From Pelomyxa schiedti (taxonomy: Eukaryota; Protista; Evosea): 33,023 bases of DNA. The notes under the pieces were generated by a model. That model was not told the origin of the DNA and did no database searches. It worked only from the letters and a program-made list of their open reading frames with translations. Shown here piece by piece: positions 22,898-33,023 of the stretch; the stretch's first letter is position 1; each line of letters starts with the position of its first letter. Location of the stretch: the NCBI GenBank assembly GCA_020536535.1, contig JAHLWZ010000986.1:1-33023 (forward strand), in the 5' to 3' direction. Made by a program: the position numbers and the translations under genes.

Positions 22898-25347
22898 ATG
22901 CATGTCAAGTACATCGCAGCGCTGGCGTTCGTGTGCGGCATGGTGTCGGTGAGCGTGTGGCCCATCGTGTGGCGAGGCGTCTCTGTCATGAGGGGTGGGG
23001 GTGCACGTGCTGGGGATGGGGACGGGGACGGGGCTGGGAGAATATTGGCGCCAGAAGATCTGGCACGCCACTCTGAGGAGTTTGTGGTTTGTGGTTTTTG
23101 GATTTTGAGTTTTTTTTTTGGTGGGTTTAGGTTAAAATTGAGCTTCAAGTTATAGACTACGTTGGTTTCACTTGCGTAATAATATTTTGTACTGTATCCG
23201 GGACTTATCTCTGGAATAGAAACAAGTCATTAGAGTTACTGATGGAGTTTATTCTGCTGTTGGGTTCAGCTTGGCCAATTCAATTTTGCTTGGTTGAGGT
23301 TTTTGGGGTGAAACATTATGCCTAATTGCGACGCAGTTGGAGATACTGGAACAGTGGTAGTGGATACAACGGAGGCTGTTGAAAGTGCCCGCGAAATTCG
23401 AGCTGCGTTCTCTGAGATTGTCAATTTTACTGAGAAGCCACTTAAGGCAATAATTTACACTCATAACCACCAAGACCATGTACTTGGTACTTCCGTTTTC
23501 CTTGAGGTTTCCAGACCTTCCTATCAATTGTCTGACATGAAATTCGGTAGGGCTTTAATCCAAAACCAGCCATCTATAGCCACGCCGAAACGTATGATAA
23601 AATGGCTCACTGGGTATTTGAAATTTTTTTTGTTCCGTTAGAATCTTGACTCAATGATACCTTAGGTTGGAGCAACTCAAGCTACTTACTATAAACGAGG
23701 CATGAGGCAATTTGGCGCAATACTTCCTCCCCACCTACAAGTTAATGCCGGAATTGGAAAAGAACTGATGCTTAAACCTCATTCTGCTACGCCTGTTGTT
23801 TTTCCCGATCATGTGTGAGGTCTACTCCCAAGGCTTTATTTCCAACTCCCTTGAAGTTATTTGAAGGGGAGGAATACATCATAGAAATATGTGGTATGCA
23901 GCTTGTACTGAAGCACTGCCCTGGGGAGACGCCAGACCAAATTGTTGTCTGGTTGCCTCAAAAGAAGGTTCTCATACCTGCAGATAACTTTTACAAATCA
24001 TTTCCCAATCTCTATGCTATCCGTGGGTACAAGCAAGGAAAGTTTCTGACGTTCCTCACGTTTTCCCAGAACTATGTACAGAGATGTGCTCTTGTGGGAA
24101 GAGTCAATGGACATAATGCTGCAATACAAAGCTGAACATCTCGTTCCATGTCACAGTCGGCCAATGTAACAGTCACTCTTTACTTTCTCTTACATGTCTA
24201 CAGATCAGGGAGCGAAAATGTTACTCGAGTTCTCACACACTACCGTGATGCTATTAAATATGTACATGACCAAACTGCATACTGGATGAACAGAGGGAAG
24301 AGCACAAATCAGGTATCAAGTATGCATACACTTTTAAGCACAACTATTGGAACAGATAAGCGAATTGGTGCACCTTCCCCCAGTGCTTCAGGCTGCCCCG
24401 GAATTGCAACAGTTCTATGGAGAAGTTTCATCTGCTGCACGGGCCATTTTTGCCGGTTACCTTGGTTGGTTTGATGGAAATCCAACACATTTACGTCCAC
24501 TCCCGGAATGGCAACACTCAATGAAAATGCTGGCTTTGATGGGTGGCACCCAAAATGTAGCACTTGCTGCAAAAGATGTAGGACCTTATCCTTGGATTTT
24601 CTAGTCCAGATAACACTTTCAAGGCATTGCAAGCTGGAGAGTATCAGTGGGCCATGGAATTAGCTGATTTAATTCAACAAGCAAAAGATGTCCCCACGGC
24701 AAGTTCTTTCATTTTGTACAACTTTTGTCTTATCTTAATGCAAACTGCACAGGCTCTTCTTTCACAAATTCGAGACATCAAGTCCGAGTGCCTTCTGAAA
24801 CTTGCAGCACAAGAAAGCAATGCTCCATACCGCAATTATTACACAACCTACGCATTGGAGATGCGGAATGAAATTGACATGCCCGACGCCCCCAAGAATG
24901 CTCTTGATATCTTCCTCGCCCTTTCACCCAATGACCTCTTCTACATGATTGAATGCAACCTGAACGCAGAAAAAAGGTACACATTTCACATCACTCCTCA
25001 TTCCACCTCCTTTTTTTTTGGTTTATTTTTCTTTATTCACCCAATTAAGTGTGGATGTATTCAAGTCAATGTTATTCTCGTTTCCTGATATCTCAGAGCA
25101 TGTTCTACTTGAAATTCGTGGTGGCGTGGCCTTGCACCACACATACAAAATTCCACCAGACTTGAATGACATGGATATTGCAGTAAGACTGGACTACTCC
25201 ACCTTGGCAAAGCTGCTCACCAAAGATATCAACCCCGTCAGTGCCTACCTCACCAGAAAAATCAAGGTGGAAAAAGGCACCATTGCGGAGTTTGGAAGTT
25301 TAATGGCCCTCTTCCAAGTAAACAATGACATGGAACCACTTATTTGA
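22898..25347 (+). CDS. Alkyl/aryl sulfatase, SdsA1/BDS1 family (MBL fold, dimerisation domain and SCP2-like C-terminus), multi-exon
   Basis: GFSLANSIL, VVDT, IIYTHNHQDH, HCPGETPDQ, ADNFYKSFPNLYAIRGT, VHDQT..MNRG, FYGEV, YLGWFDGNP and YRNYY. It has an N-terminal hydrophobic anchor. Confidence 0.93.
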
Positions 25348-25369
25348 AACAAAAACAAAAAAGCTCCAA

Positions 25370-26552
25370 TTAGGAGGATTTTGATGTTATTCTGTGGTAC
25401 AAATTGATGTAGTGCCTCAGCATGAGGTACTGGCTCGTCATGGCCAGAAGATGGAACAAAATGTGGCTCTGCAGTGTGCAATCAAACACACCAGGGTAGA
25501 ACCTCTCTGGTACACGTGGAATGTACAGAATCACCGCCAATAACAGAGGCATGTATATCACCATCAATGGGAGTCCAAAAACTGCAGCGTGGTGAGTCTT
25601 TGACCCAAAGGGTTTAAGCACAACGGAATGCAGAGTTGCCACAGCTGAAAGCGAGGCAATCAGTGCAAACACTGAAGTGCGAATAACTCTCATGGAAGGG
25701 TGTGTAAGTGTTGGTATGCAGCAGTAGCCTATTCCAATGAAAAGTAGAATGACTAGTAAAGTGCAATAGGTCCGCTGTTGCAGTGGGTTGGAGTGAAGAG
25801 TGTAATAGAGCTGCGGAAACTGGGTGAGTGAAAGAGCAATGACGACGAACGCGAAGTCTATTGAGGCCAGCTTGGCGTAGTGCCACTCACTCAGTGGCCG
25901 GAAAGTGTGGAAGAGAACAGAAGACAGCATTGATGCTATAGTTGGTGCAATGAGGCACGCAAAAAGCAGGCCATGTGTGCGACGATCCGGGCTGTTTACA
26001 GTAACGACAAAGTTCTTCACATGGTATGCAATGACTATCCAGGATATGAACCCCAACAAGTGTGTCCAAATACTGCGTCCTTGAATTAGCAATGCACATC
26101 GGAAACACACAAAAACAACCAACAACCAACGATACAGGAAAAAACCAAAAATACTCCGTTAAAACATTAAAATCGACAAAAATAGCTTCCTACAAAGAAG
26201 AGAGCCAAAGGAGGAAAGGGAGGGGGCCTCACTTGAGCGTCTCGTTGTGCCACGACCACACGGAGCGCAGCAGCGCCAAGGCGGCCCGGCCCGAGCCCGC
26301 ATGCGGCCCCGCGACGACGCGGTAGGCCGTGGCCAGGTGGTCCTCCCGCATCCTGGCGAACGGGCAGTCCGCGGCCCCCGCGTCGGTCCGCAGCACGCCC
26401 CGCTGCGCCTCGCCCACCCCGGCCCCGGCGACCACCCCCGCCACGGCCGCCGCCGCAGCCACGACCACTGCGACGAGCACCGCGGCCCGCCACGACGTCC
26501 TCTGGGCTCCGGCCCGAGCACCCTGCCTCGTTCCCTGCTTATGCGCCTCCAC
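25370..26552 (-). CDS. PAQR / hemolysin-III family 7-TM protein (adiponectin-receptor-like), 2 exons; start codon uncertain
   Basis: Splicing joins HNETL+NIWTHLLG. It also has SVLFHTF, PERFYPGVFD and QSHILFH (Zn-binding His). Stop TAA at 25370-25372. Confidence 0.9.
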
Positions 26553-26632
26553 TTTTTCGCCGGCGAAAAGAATGAAATGAAACGATCAAGGGAGGCCTAC
26601 GGGCCTGCGCTTCTTTTTTTTTTTACTTGTCG

Positions 26633-28510
26633 TTAGAGGAACCGTACAGTGCAGCTGTTTGTTGTGGCTTGTGTTTGTTCGGCGGTGCGTGACTTGGTTG
26701 TGTATACTACCGCTTGGCCTGTTTGAACGTGACCAGAGGCTCTGAGCGTGTTGTCCATGTTGTCAAATTCGTCGGCGGGTGTTTCCTGCCACAGGAATGG
26801 GAAGCAGCCTCGCACAAGGCTCACACGCCGAACCTGTGTTAGTATTAAGGTGCGATGTACTTACTACTGTAGTTATGGGAATTCAGCATACTGTGGCAAT
26901 GGAATTAGTGAATACAAATATAGGCAGCATTGGGCGTGCTGAAGCTACTCTGATGGCAGAGTTGCCAGTGTCAGATACACATGCGAATGCAGATGCATTT
27001 ACCTACATAAGTGATTAGGTGGATGAATTGGAGTAGAGAAGATCCCAACCTCGGCAGCGATTTGACAGGCAGCACGGCCCAGAGAGAAGCCAAGGGTTGT
27101 TCCAGTAATATCCTTTTGCAATCTTGCGTCAAACGACCTTGTATCGAAGCCCCTCTTTGTGTATGTATCAACAGCGAGGAATTGCTCTGCCTGAAGGATG
27201 ATCTTTCGCATCATTGACACTGTCTCTATGGGAAACTCACCCATCGCGGTTTCTCCTGAGAGCATAACAGCATCCTGGAAAAGCAGTCAGTCACAGGTGA
27301 AACTGAGAGTACGAAACAAACTGTTCCATCCCACACTGCATTTGCTACATCCGAGGCTTCTGCTCTTGTGCATGTAGGGTTATTTGTCATCGATTCCAGC
27401 ATTTGGGTGGCCGTGATAACTGGTATACCTCGTTCAATACACTTTCGAATAATGAGCTTCTGGAGTTCAGGGACCTTATCGTTCCCAACTTCCACTCCCA
27501 AGTCTCCACGTGCCACCATTACGGCATCACAAACACTCAGTATATCGTCAAGGTTATCAATAGCTTCCGGCTTTTCAAGTTTAGCAATGATTTTTGCATG
27601 TTTCCCGGACTCTGTGATAATCTGTCGTAGCTCCAGAATATCCTGCGGCCTCCTATTTCCAGTCAGAGGAATTTTAAAAAAAAAAAAAAAAACCGGACAA
27701 ATGAAAGAGCTATGAAGTCTGGCTCGATACATTTTAATGCAAATTTGGCGTCATCTTCCAGAAAGTCAACAAAAGCCTTTTTGACAATAACATTAACAAA
27801 CCTATATCCTTGGGTGTCAGTGCAGGAAGTTCTCCAAGGTCAGTTTGAGGCAAGTTAATTCCTTTATGATTTTTAATGACCCCCCCTTGAATCACTTTGC
27901 ACACCAACCCGTCAGGCCCCTTTGCAGTCACCTTCATGCAATAGGTAAAAATCCCCAAGTTTAAATAGTATCGAAAAAATAACTAAGCACCTCAAGCCTC
28001 ATCAGGCCGTCATCCAATAAAATAGGATCCCCTATTTTGCACCGGTCCACAATGGGCTTGAACTTAGTGCAAATAACCCCATCATGACCAGGTTCAGTGG
28101 CTGCCCTATGAATACACCCATCTCAGTTCACTACTATTGAACATATTCTATTGTATTAAAAGCCATGCAAAATATCTCTGAGATATTGGTTAAAAAGGGA
28201 ACCTGATGGTAACACTGGTGCCTCGTATCAGAGGCATGGAATTTCCAATAAAAGGGTTGCATCTGATTTTCGGGCCCTGAAGGTCCACAATTGTTGCCAC
28301 GTCCCGCCTCAGTCTCTGCGAAATGGCTCTCACTGAGTAATTGAGGTTGACCTTGTCGTGTTGCTCGCCGTGGGAGAAGTTGTACCTCACAACGTTGACG
28401 CCGGCCACAAACAACCTCTCCAGCACGTCTGGTTTTGATGTGGCTGGGCCCAGGGTGGCAACGATTTTGACAAGTGGAAGTTGGTTGGGAGGCACAGTGA
28501 ACCGGTCCAT
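26633..28510 (-). CDS. pyk: Pyruvate kinase, multi-exon
   Basis: [92 protein letters not shown]. Confidence 0.97.
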
Positions 28511-28657
28511 GGTTGTTGAAACGAGGAGTGTATTGTTGGTTTTGTTTATCTTTTTTTTGTTGGGTTTCTCGTTGTTTTGTTGGTTTTTTGGTAACGGTTT
28601 TCTGGTAACTGTGAGATTGCGATTCCAGCTGTAATCGGAAGTGATGAGCATTACTCC

Positions 28658-30438
28658 TTAGGATGTTGCTATGTGGTGCCAGAGGGATGAAAGCTCGGAG
28701 AGCTGTGAGCGGGGAAGGGATATCATCACATCTTTGTCGCCTTCTGGGTTGCGTGATACGATCATGATGAGACCGGGTACTACTGGCATTGGTATCACCA
28801 TTTCGGTTGGTGTGGAGGGGAGACATTCGAGTGGCGTGACGTGTCCAGGGAGCGCACAGTTTAGCGGAAATCCAACGTTATCTATGATTATGTCTCCATC
28901 AAGTCTTTTTGGTTTTTGGGTAAGTTAGGAAGAAAGTTAGCTTGTGGGGACTTACAGTGAGTATATTGTGCCTGGTAACAATTTGCTATTGAGGCCCATA
29001 TGGTGAACTCTGCTGAACCATTCAATTAAGGGCTGGCTGCAATTTGAAGAAAAAGTCTTCTGCCTCCATGCACAGAATTTGGAAACAATCAAAGGATCAA
29101 CGAAGTTTACTTCGCCTTCAGGCGTGTGTGATAACTCCCTCTCCTCAAATGCCCAAAGGGTTGCAGCAGCCTGATTCAACACATCAAGTTTATTCCACTT
29201 GTACTTGGGTGAGTGCGGATTTCCAATGTAATTCGCGGGTACTGAACTTCCACAACGTGACCCCCGGAAGCTAAGAATCTGGGCAACGCCCATGCCACCA
29301 CGCTTTCTTGCCTTGGAAGGGTTGAGAGCATGAACTGAAGTTGCAATAAGAGAGACAAGAATGTCATTGACCGTGCAGCCGTCAACATGCGAATTGCACT
29401 TCATTTCTGATGAATTTTATTTGTACATATATTGGATATTTTTATACTATTAAGAGTAGCTGCAGAGAAGCGAAATATTTTGGTCTGTGCAAAAATGAGT
29501 CGTGGGAGAATTTTCATAGATGTCCTGCTCACAGTTAAAAGAAATATGACAAAAAAGAAGTGTTACAGATAAAAGGTCCAGCCAGGGAGAGGAGAGTGGG
29601 GCATCCAAGGAAAGCTTTTTTTCAAGTCAGGAAGCTGATAGGTTACACCAGGGGCGCTTGGGCTCCCAACGGTTAGCTTGTCACGAGGGAGAATCATAAT
29701 TGGTGAGCGAGAAAATACAAGCTCTGGAGCCGGAACTGTTCTATTTGCGCAAATTGCAGAGATAATATTACACAGTTCGGAAAAAATGTAACCAATCTGT
29801 TACCTTTTAAAACAGTTTGCAGGGGTAGATAATTGAAGTACTTACACTCTGTCCGTCAGCAATAATATGGTGAACATTGAGAAGTAAAACTGATTTTCTT
29901 GATTCTGGGTATGAGACGAGTCGAACAGAAAGTAACCCTCCACGTAATTTAGGGATATGGTGGCTCATTTCAGACACTGAGCACTCCAAAGTGCTCCCTG
30001 GGGAAGCAAGCTGGGTGTAAGTGAAGCTCAAGCCAGAGGTGTTTTCTGCATCACCATAGGCAATGCAAGAAACACCAGGTGCACCGCCAGGTATTCCTCG
30101 GTGCCTCAGAGTGCCACATAGAATAGGGTACCTGTCAACAAGTTCTTGAAGCCCTTTTACGATTCCACATGAATCCAGCACACAATCGAATCCAAATACA
30201 ATTGGAATTTGAAGCATGGAAACGACATGGTCCTGCAGGTTGATGTGGGAGTGATGAAAAAGTGTCAAAAACAGACTTGTCCTGTCAAAGGGCAAAGAGA
30301 TGGAGATTCACAGCGATGCCTCGGCGTTATTTTCAGTGTGTACTGCTCTACGACACGTCTCTTGTTTGACTTGTACCAACGCCTCACCACGTAAACCAAC
30401 GACAAACCGAAAAGCAAGATCCCAATTTGATGGAACAT
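28658..30438 (-). CDS. CoA-dependent acyltransferase (BAHD/Transferase-like, HXXXD), multi-exon
   Basis: ATG 30438 gives the anchor MFHQIGILLFGLSLVYVV. It also has PLTGQD, YPILCGTL, the catalytic NVHHIIADG, TVNDILVSLI, NYIGN and the C-terminal GLIMIVSRNPEGDKDVMISL. No DFGWG motif is seen. Confidence 0.75.
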
Positions 30439-30582
30439 TTTTTCTGGTAAAAAATGAGGTCGCTCTTTTGGAATTTTTTAGAGTGGCAGGTGAGTGCAAT
30501 AAATGTTGGCAGTAGTTCCCTGCCATAACATTGTAGGATCTCCTTATTGTTTGTATTCATTTCTCGTGAAAAAACCTAAGAT

Positions 30583-31227
30583 ATGAAGAGGATAGGTCTC
30601 AGTCCAGACGTTGTTGTTGAACAACTACTATCCATGGATAATAAGAAACGTAAGACCGCAACGGCGACTCCTGCACAAACTCATCCTATGCAAGTTCAAG
30701 CACAACAACCTGCTTCAAGCATCCCACAATCAAATGTAAATGCAGTTGTGGAAGAGCCTAGTCCCGCAAAGAGAACGGTCGAATCTGGTCTCACTGAGGC
30801 CGAAGAAGAATTCCTAAGCACTGTTACGGCCAGGGTATACGCGGTTCCTAAAGTAATGTTAATAACTAATCTAAAACAGCACGAGAGTGCTTTGCTCAAG
30901 ATCCAAGAGAGTTTTACCAGTTGATGTGTGTTTGTACTAATTCCTTCTCTTATTGTCTTTTCAGAACTGGCAACTGTTATTGAACAACTACTTGCACAGA
31001 GCTCTGAACAAGTTAACAATATACAAAGTGAGTGCTCGGCTGCCGATGCTGCTCTCATCACGCAAATACAACAGTACATGTCCTACAAGTACGCTCCTCA
31101 CGCCTCCTTTACCAAAACGATAACGCCTACACACAGTAACAGTCTTCGTAGCAAATTGCAGCTGATACGAACCCACACCACCGACTTGCATTCCTCCATC
31201 CTGTCGCGTAACATAGGCAAAGGCTAG
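30583..31227 (+). CDS. Hypothetical protein with coiled-coil-like segment, multi-exon
   Basis: ORFs 30583-30924 and 30928-31227 are separated by an intron-like T-rich segment ending ttcag at 30964. A basic NLS-like KKRK is present. Confidence 0.5.
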
Positions 31228-31572
31228 AGCTACGGTGATCAATACGCAGCAGAGGAAAAATAAAACTAACTGGCAAAGTGTTGGGGCCTGTGCTTGTGCT
31301 TGCGCAGCTGTTGTTGTGATTGGGGTTGCTGAGTATGCTGCTGGTGTTGTGGTTGTGGTTGCTGTTGCTGACAGCTGTGGCTCTGGTGGTGGTTCCGATT
31401 GTTGTCTTCTTGATCCTGCTGTTCAGGCTGAGGGTCAGCAGTGTAAGAAGCAACCATACGCTGGTGTTGTCTTCTTGCTTGTTTCTGAAGTCTGGGAGTG
31501 TATTCAGTTACAAGCTCCATGCTTTGCTCTGCTGTCTTTTGGAGTAGCTAAGCTTGATCTGATGAGTGTTGT

Positions 31573-32905
31573 GTGAAAGTGATGACTTCCCGAAAAAGGG
31601 AATCACGGTTTCGGCACAGAGCGATCCAGTGGCTGATACACTGCCAGAAGCTCATGGAAGGATTCTCTGAGAACCAAGTTTTGCTGGCACTGTATCATAC
31701 ACTGAAAGGGGAACCAGCAAGTGTGGCTACGAGCCCAGAGACAGAACAAACTGTTGAGGGAGTCCTGCAGGTGATCATAGACAACTTTGACACCAGCTTG
31801 TCAAAGGGGGCCACCCTGAAACTTGATCATTTCCGTATGAATCAGAATGAAGACTGGCATACAATGATAAGCCGATTCTGCAGAGTGTACTTGGAGGCAG
31901 CAGGAACATCCTCAGAGTTTGGGTTGGTACAGCAATTTTCTACCTTCAAGGAATTAGCTGGTTGTGTGGGCTGCTATTACCCCACTAAGCCGGACGTTGT
32001 GCACTTTGTAAATTCCCAGAGGGGTGTGCCAAGGCAAGGACATATGAGGGGCAGAGGAGGTGTAGTGGTCTGAGGAGCTGCAAGAGGTGGCTTTTATCAG
32101 AGAGGCTCAAGGCAAACATTTGGCCAGGGCAAGGCAGGGGTACCACAACAACACCCAAGGGAATGCAGAATAGCCAAGGCCTAATCTGTTTTCAGTGTAA
32201 TGAGCCAGGTCACTTCGCAAGACACTGCCCATATGAAGGGGGAGCTGCATATGGGAGCAGCTCTTTCCAGCGAAATTTTTAGAGGAGCCCTGGAATAGGG
32301 GTGAGGAAGGCAACCTTACTCTGGGGAGAAACCATACCTTCCATGGACAAGGGGGTACTGAGAGCAATGAACAGGAACTTTGAATGAAGAGTACACAATG
32401 AAGTTGAAGCTTCATGGACTGCTATGGCAAGCAATAAAGATAATCAGAGCTCTGAAATAAGTCCCGCTGGTAACTCTCAGACAGCTGATAACGTTGATGT
32501 TGGAGCAACAAGTTGGCAGTGGTTTGTGACGCTGGTAACGATGTGGCAGCGAAGACTGGTAACAGGACAGTGAAAAGCAAGCCTAGGATAGCAGTCCGCC
32601 ACACAGCTGGTAACAAGGCAGCTGCAGGAAAGATGAACTTCATTAGCTCTCATGAGAAATTTACCCCAACCTACTTACGAATTAACATCCTTGGACAAAA
32701 AAGAGAAGCCTGCCTAGACTCAGGATCAGGGAATTCTCTAGTCAGTAGGAACCTAATCAACGAATTGAGATTGAGTGACACAACAATCACACTTACACTG
32801 TGCAATGAAGGAGGACTGGTAGCTGGAAACACACAGCTCCTTATATGGGAAAAGGTAGAGCTTCCCTTCACTGTGGTGGGGAAAGAAATCTGGTTTGAGT
32901 TTCAT
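31573..32905 (+). mobile_element. Degenerate LTR retrotransposon (Ty3/Gypsy-like) gag-protease remnant
   Basis: A gag-like ORF at 31573-32073 is followed by an RGG-rich linker, a CCHC knuckle CFQCNEPGHFARHC (32187-32228) and the retropepsin motif ACLDSGSGNSLVS (DSG at 32717-32725). It is broken by stops and frameshifts and is intronless. No LTR was identified. Confidence 0.85.
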
Positions 32906-32916
32906 AACTGGATCAT

Positions 32917-33022
32917 GGGCGAAGGGGCGAAGGTGTCAGTGTTTTCCTCTATGAAGTCTTCGCCCAAAAACCCAAGGGGCGAAGGTTTTTGCTGTCACTT
33001 CCCTCTGGAAACCTTCGCCCCT
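32917..33022. repeat. Tandem palindromic units of about 50 bp (GGGGCGAAGG...CTTCGCCC)
   Basis: Unit 1 spans about 32917-32965. Unit 2 spans 32975-33022 with a perfect 14-bp IR aggggcgaaggttt/aaaccttcgcccct. The loops share tgtca..cctct..gaa. Confidence 0.75.
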
Positions 33023-33023
33023 A

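Noticed and set aside
4922-25347. Genome-wide UGA reassignment
   Set aside because: Intact genes (4922, 9874, 13352, 14726, 25347) end at TGA, at the expected C-terminus for the recognisable families, and use TGG for Trp.
1-33023. CRISPR arrays, tRNA/rRNA genes, bacterial operons
   Set aside because: No repeat-spacer array, cloverleaf or rRNA motif was seen by eye, and the gene structure is spliceosomal and eukaryotic.

Overview
This is eukaryotic DNA, not prokaryotic. It is a very gene-dense, intron-rich protist-like segment with mostly 35-55 nt spliceosomal introns, intergenic gaps of 20-300 bp and GC/CpG-rich first exons. An amoebozoan-like origin is an inference only. Manual splicing recovers these genes: an F-box protein (partial), a two-FtsX-domain MacB-type ABC permease (about 29 introns), a coiled-coil protein, a TBC1D13-like RabGAP, Aladin (AAAS), a GNAT acetyltransferase, an SdsA1/BDS1-type alkyl sulfatase, a PAQR receptor, a pyruvate kinase with the K+-independent signature, a BAHD/HXXXD acyltransferase and several hypothetical genes. 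An accessory or decaying zone (about 10-11.4 kb and 15-22.5 kb) holds three copies of an intronless glycosyltransferase-like gene, one intact and two deleted. Two of the copies are followed by the same 90-nt hairpin element. The zone also holds spliced genes whose in-frame stops are all TGA. The right end carries a decayed Ty3/Gypsy-like gag-protease remnant that runs into tandem palindromic units. All exon models were built by eye without RNA data.
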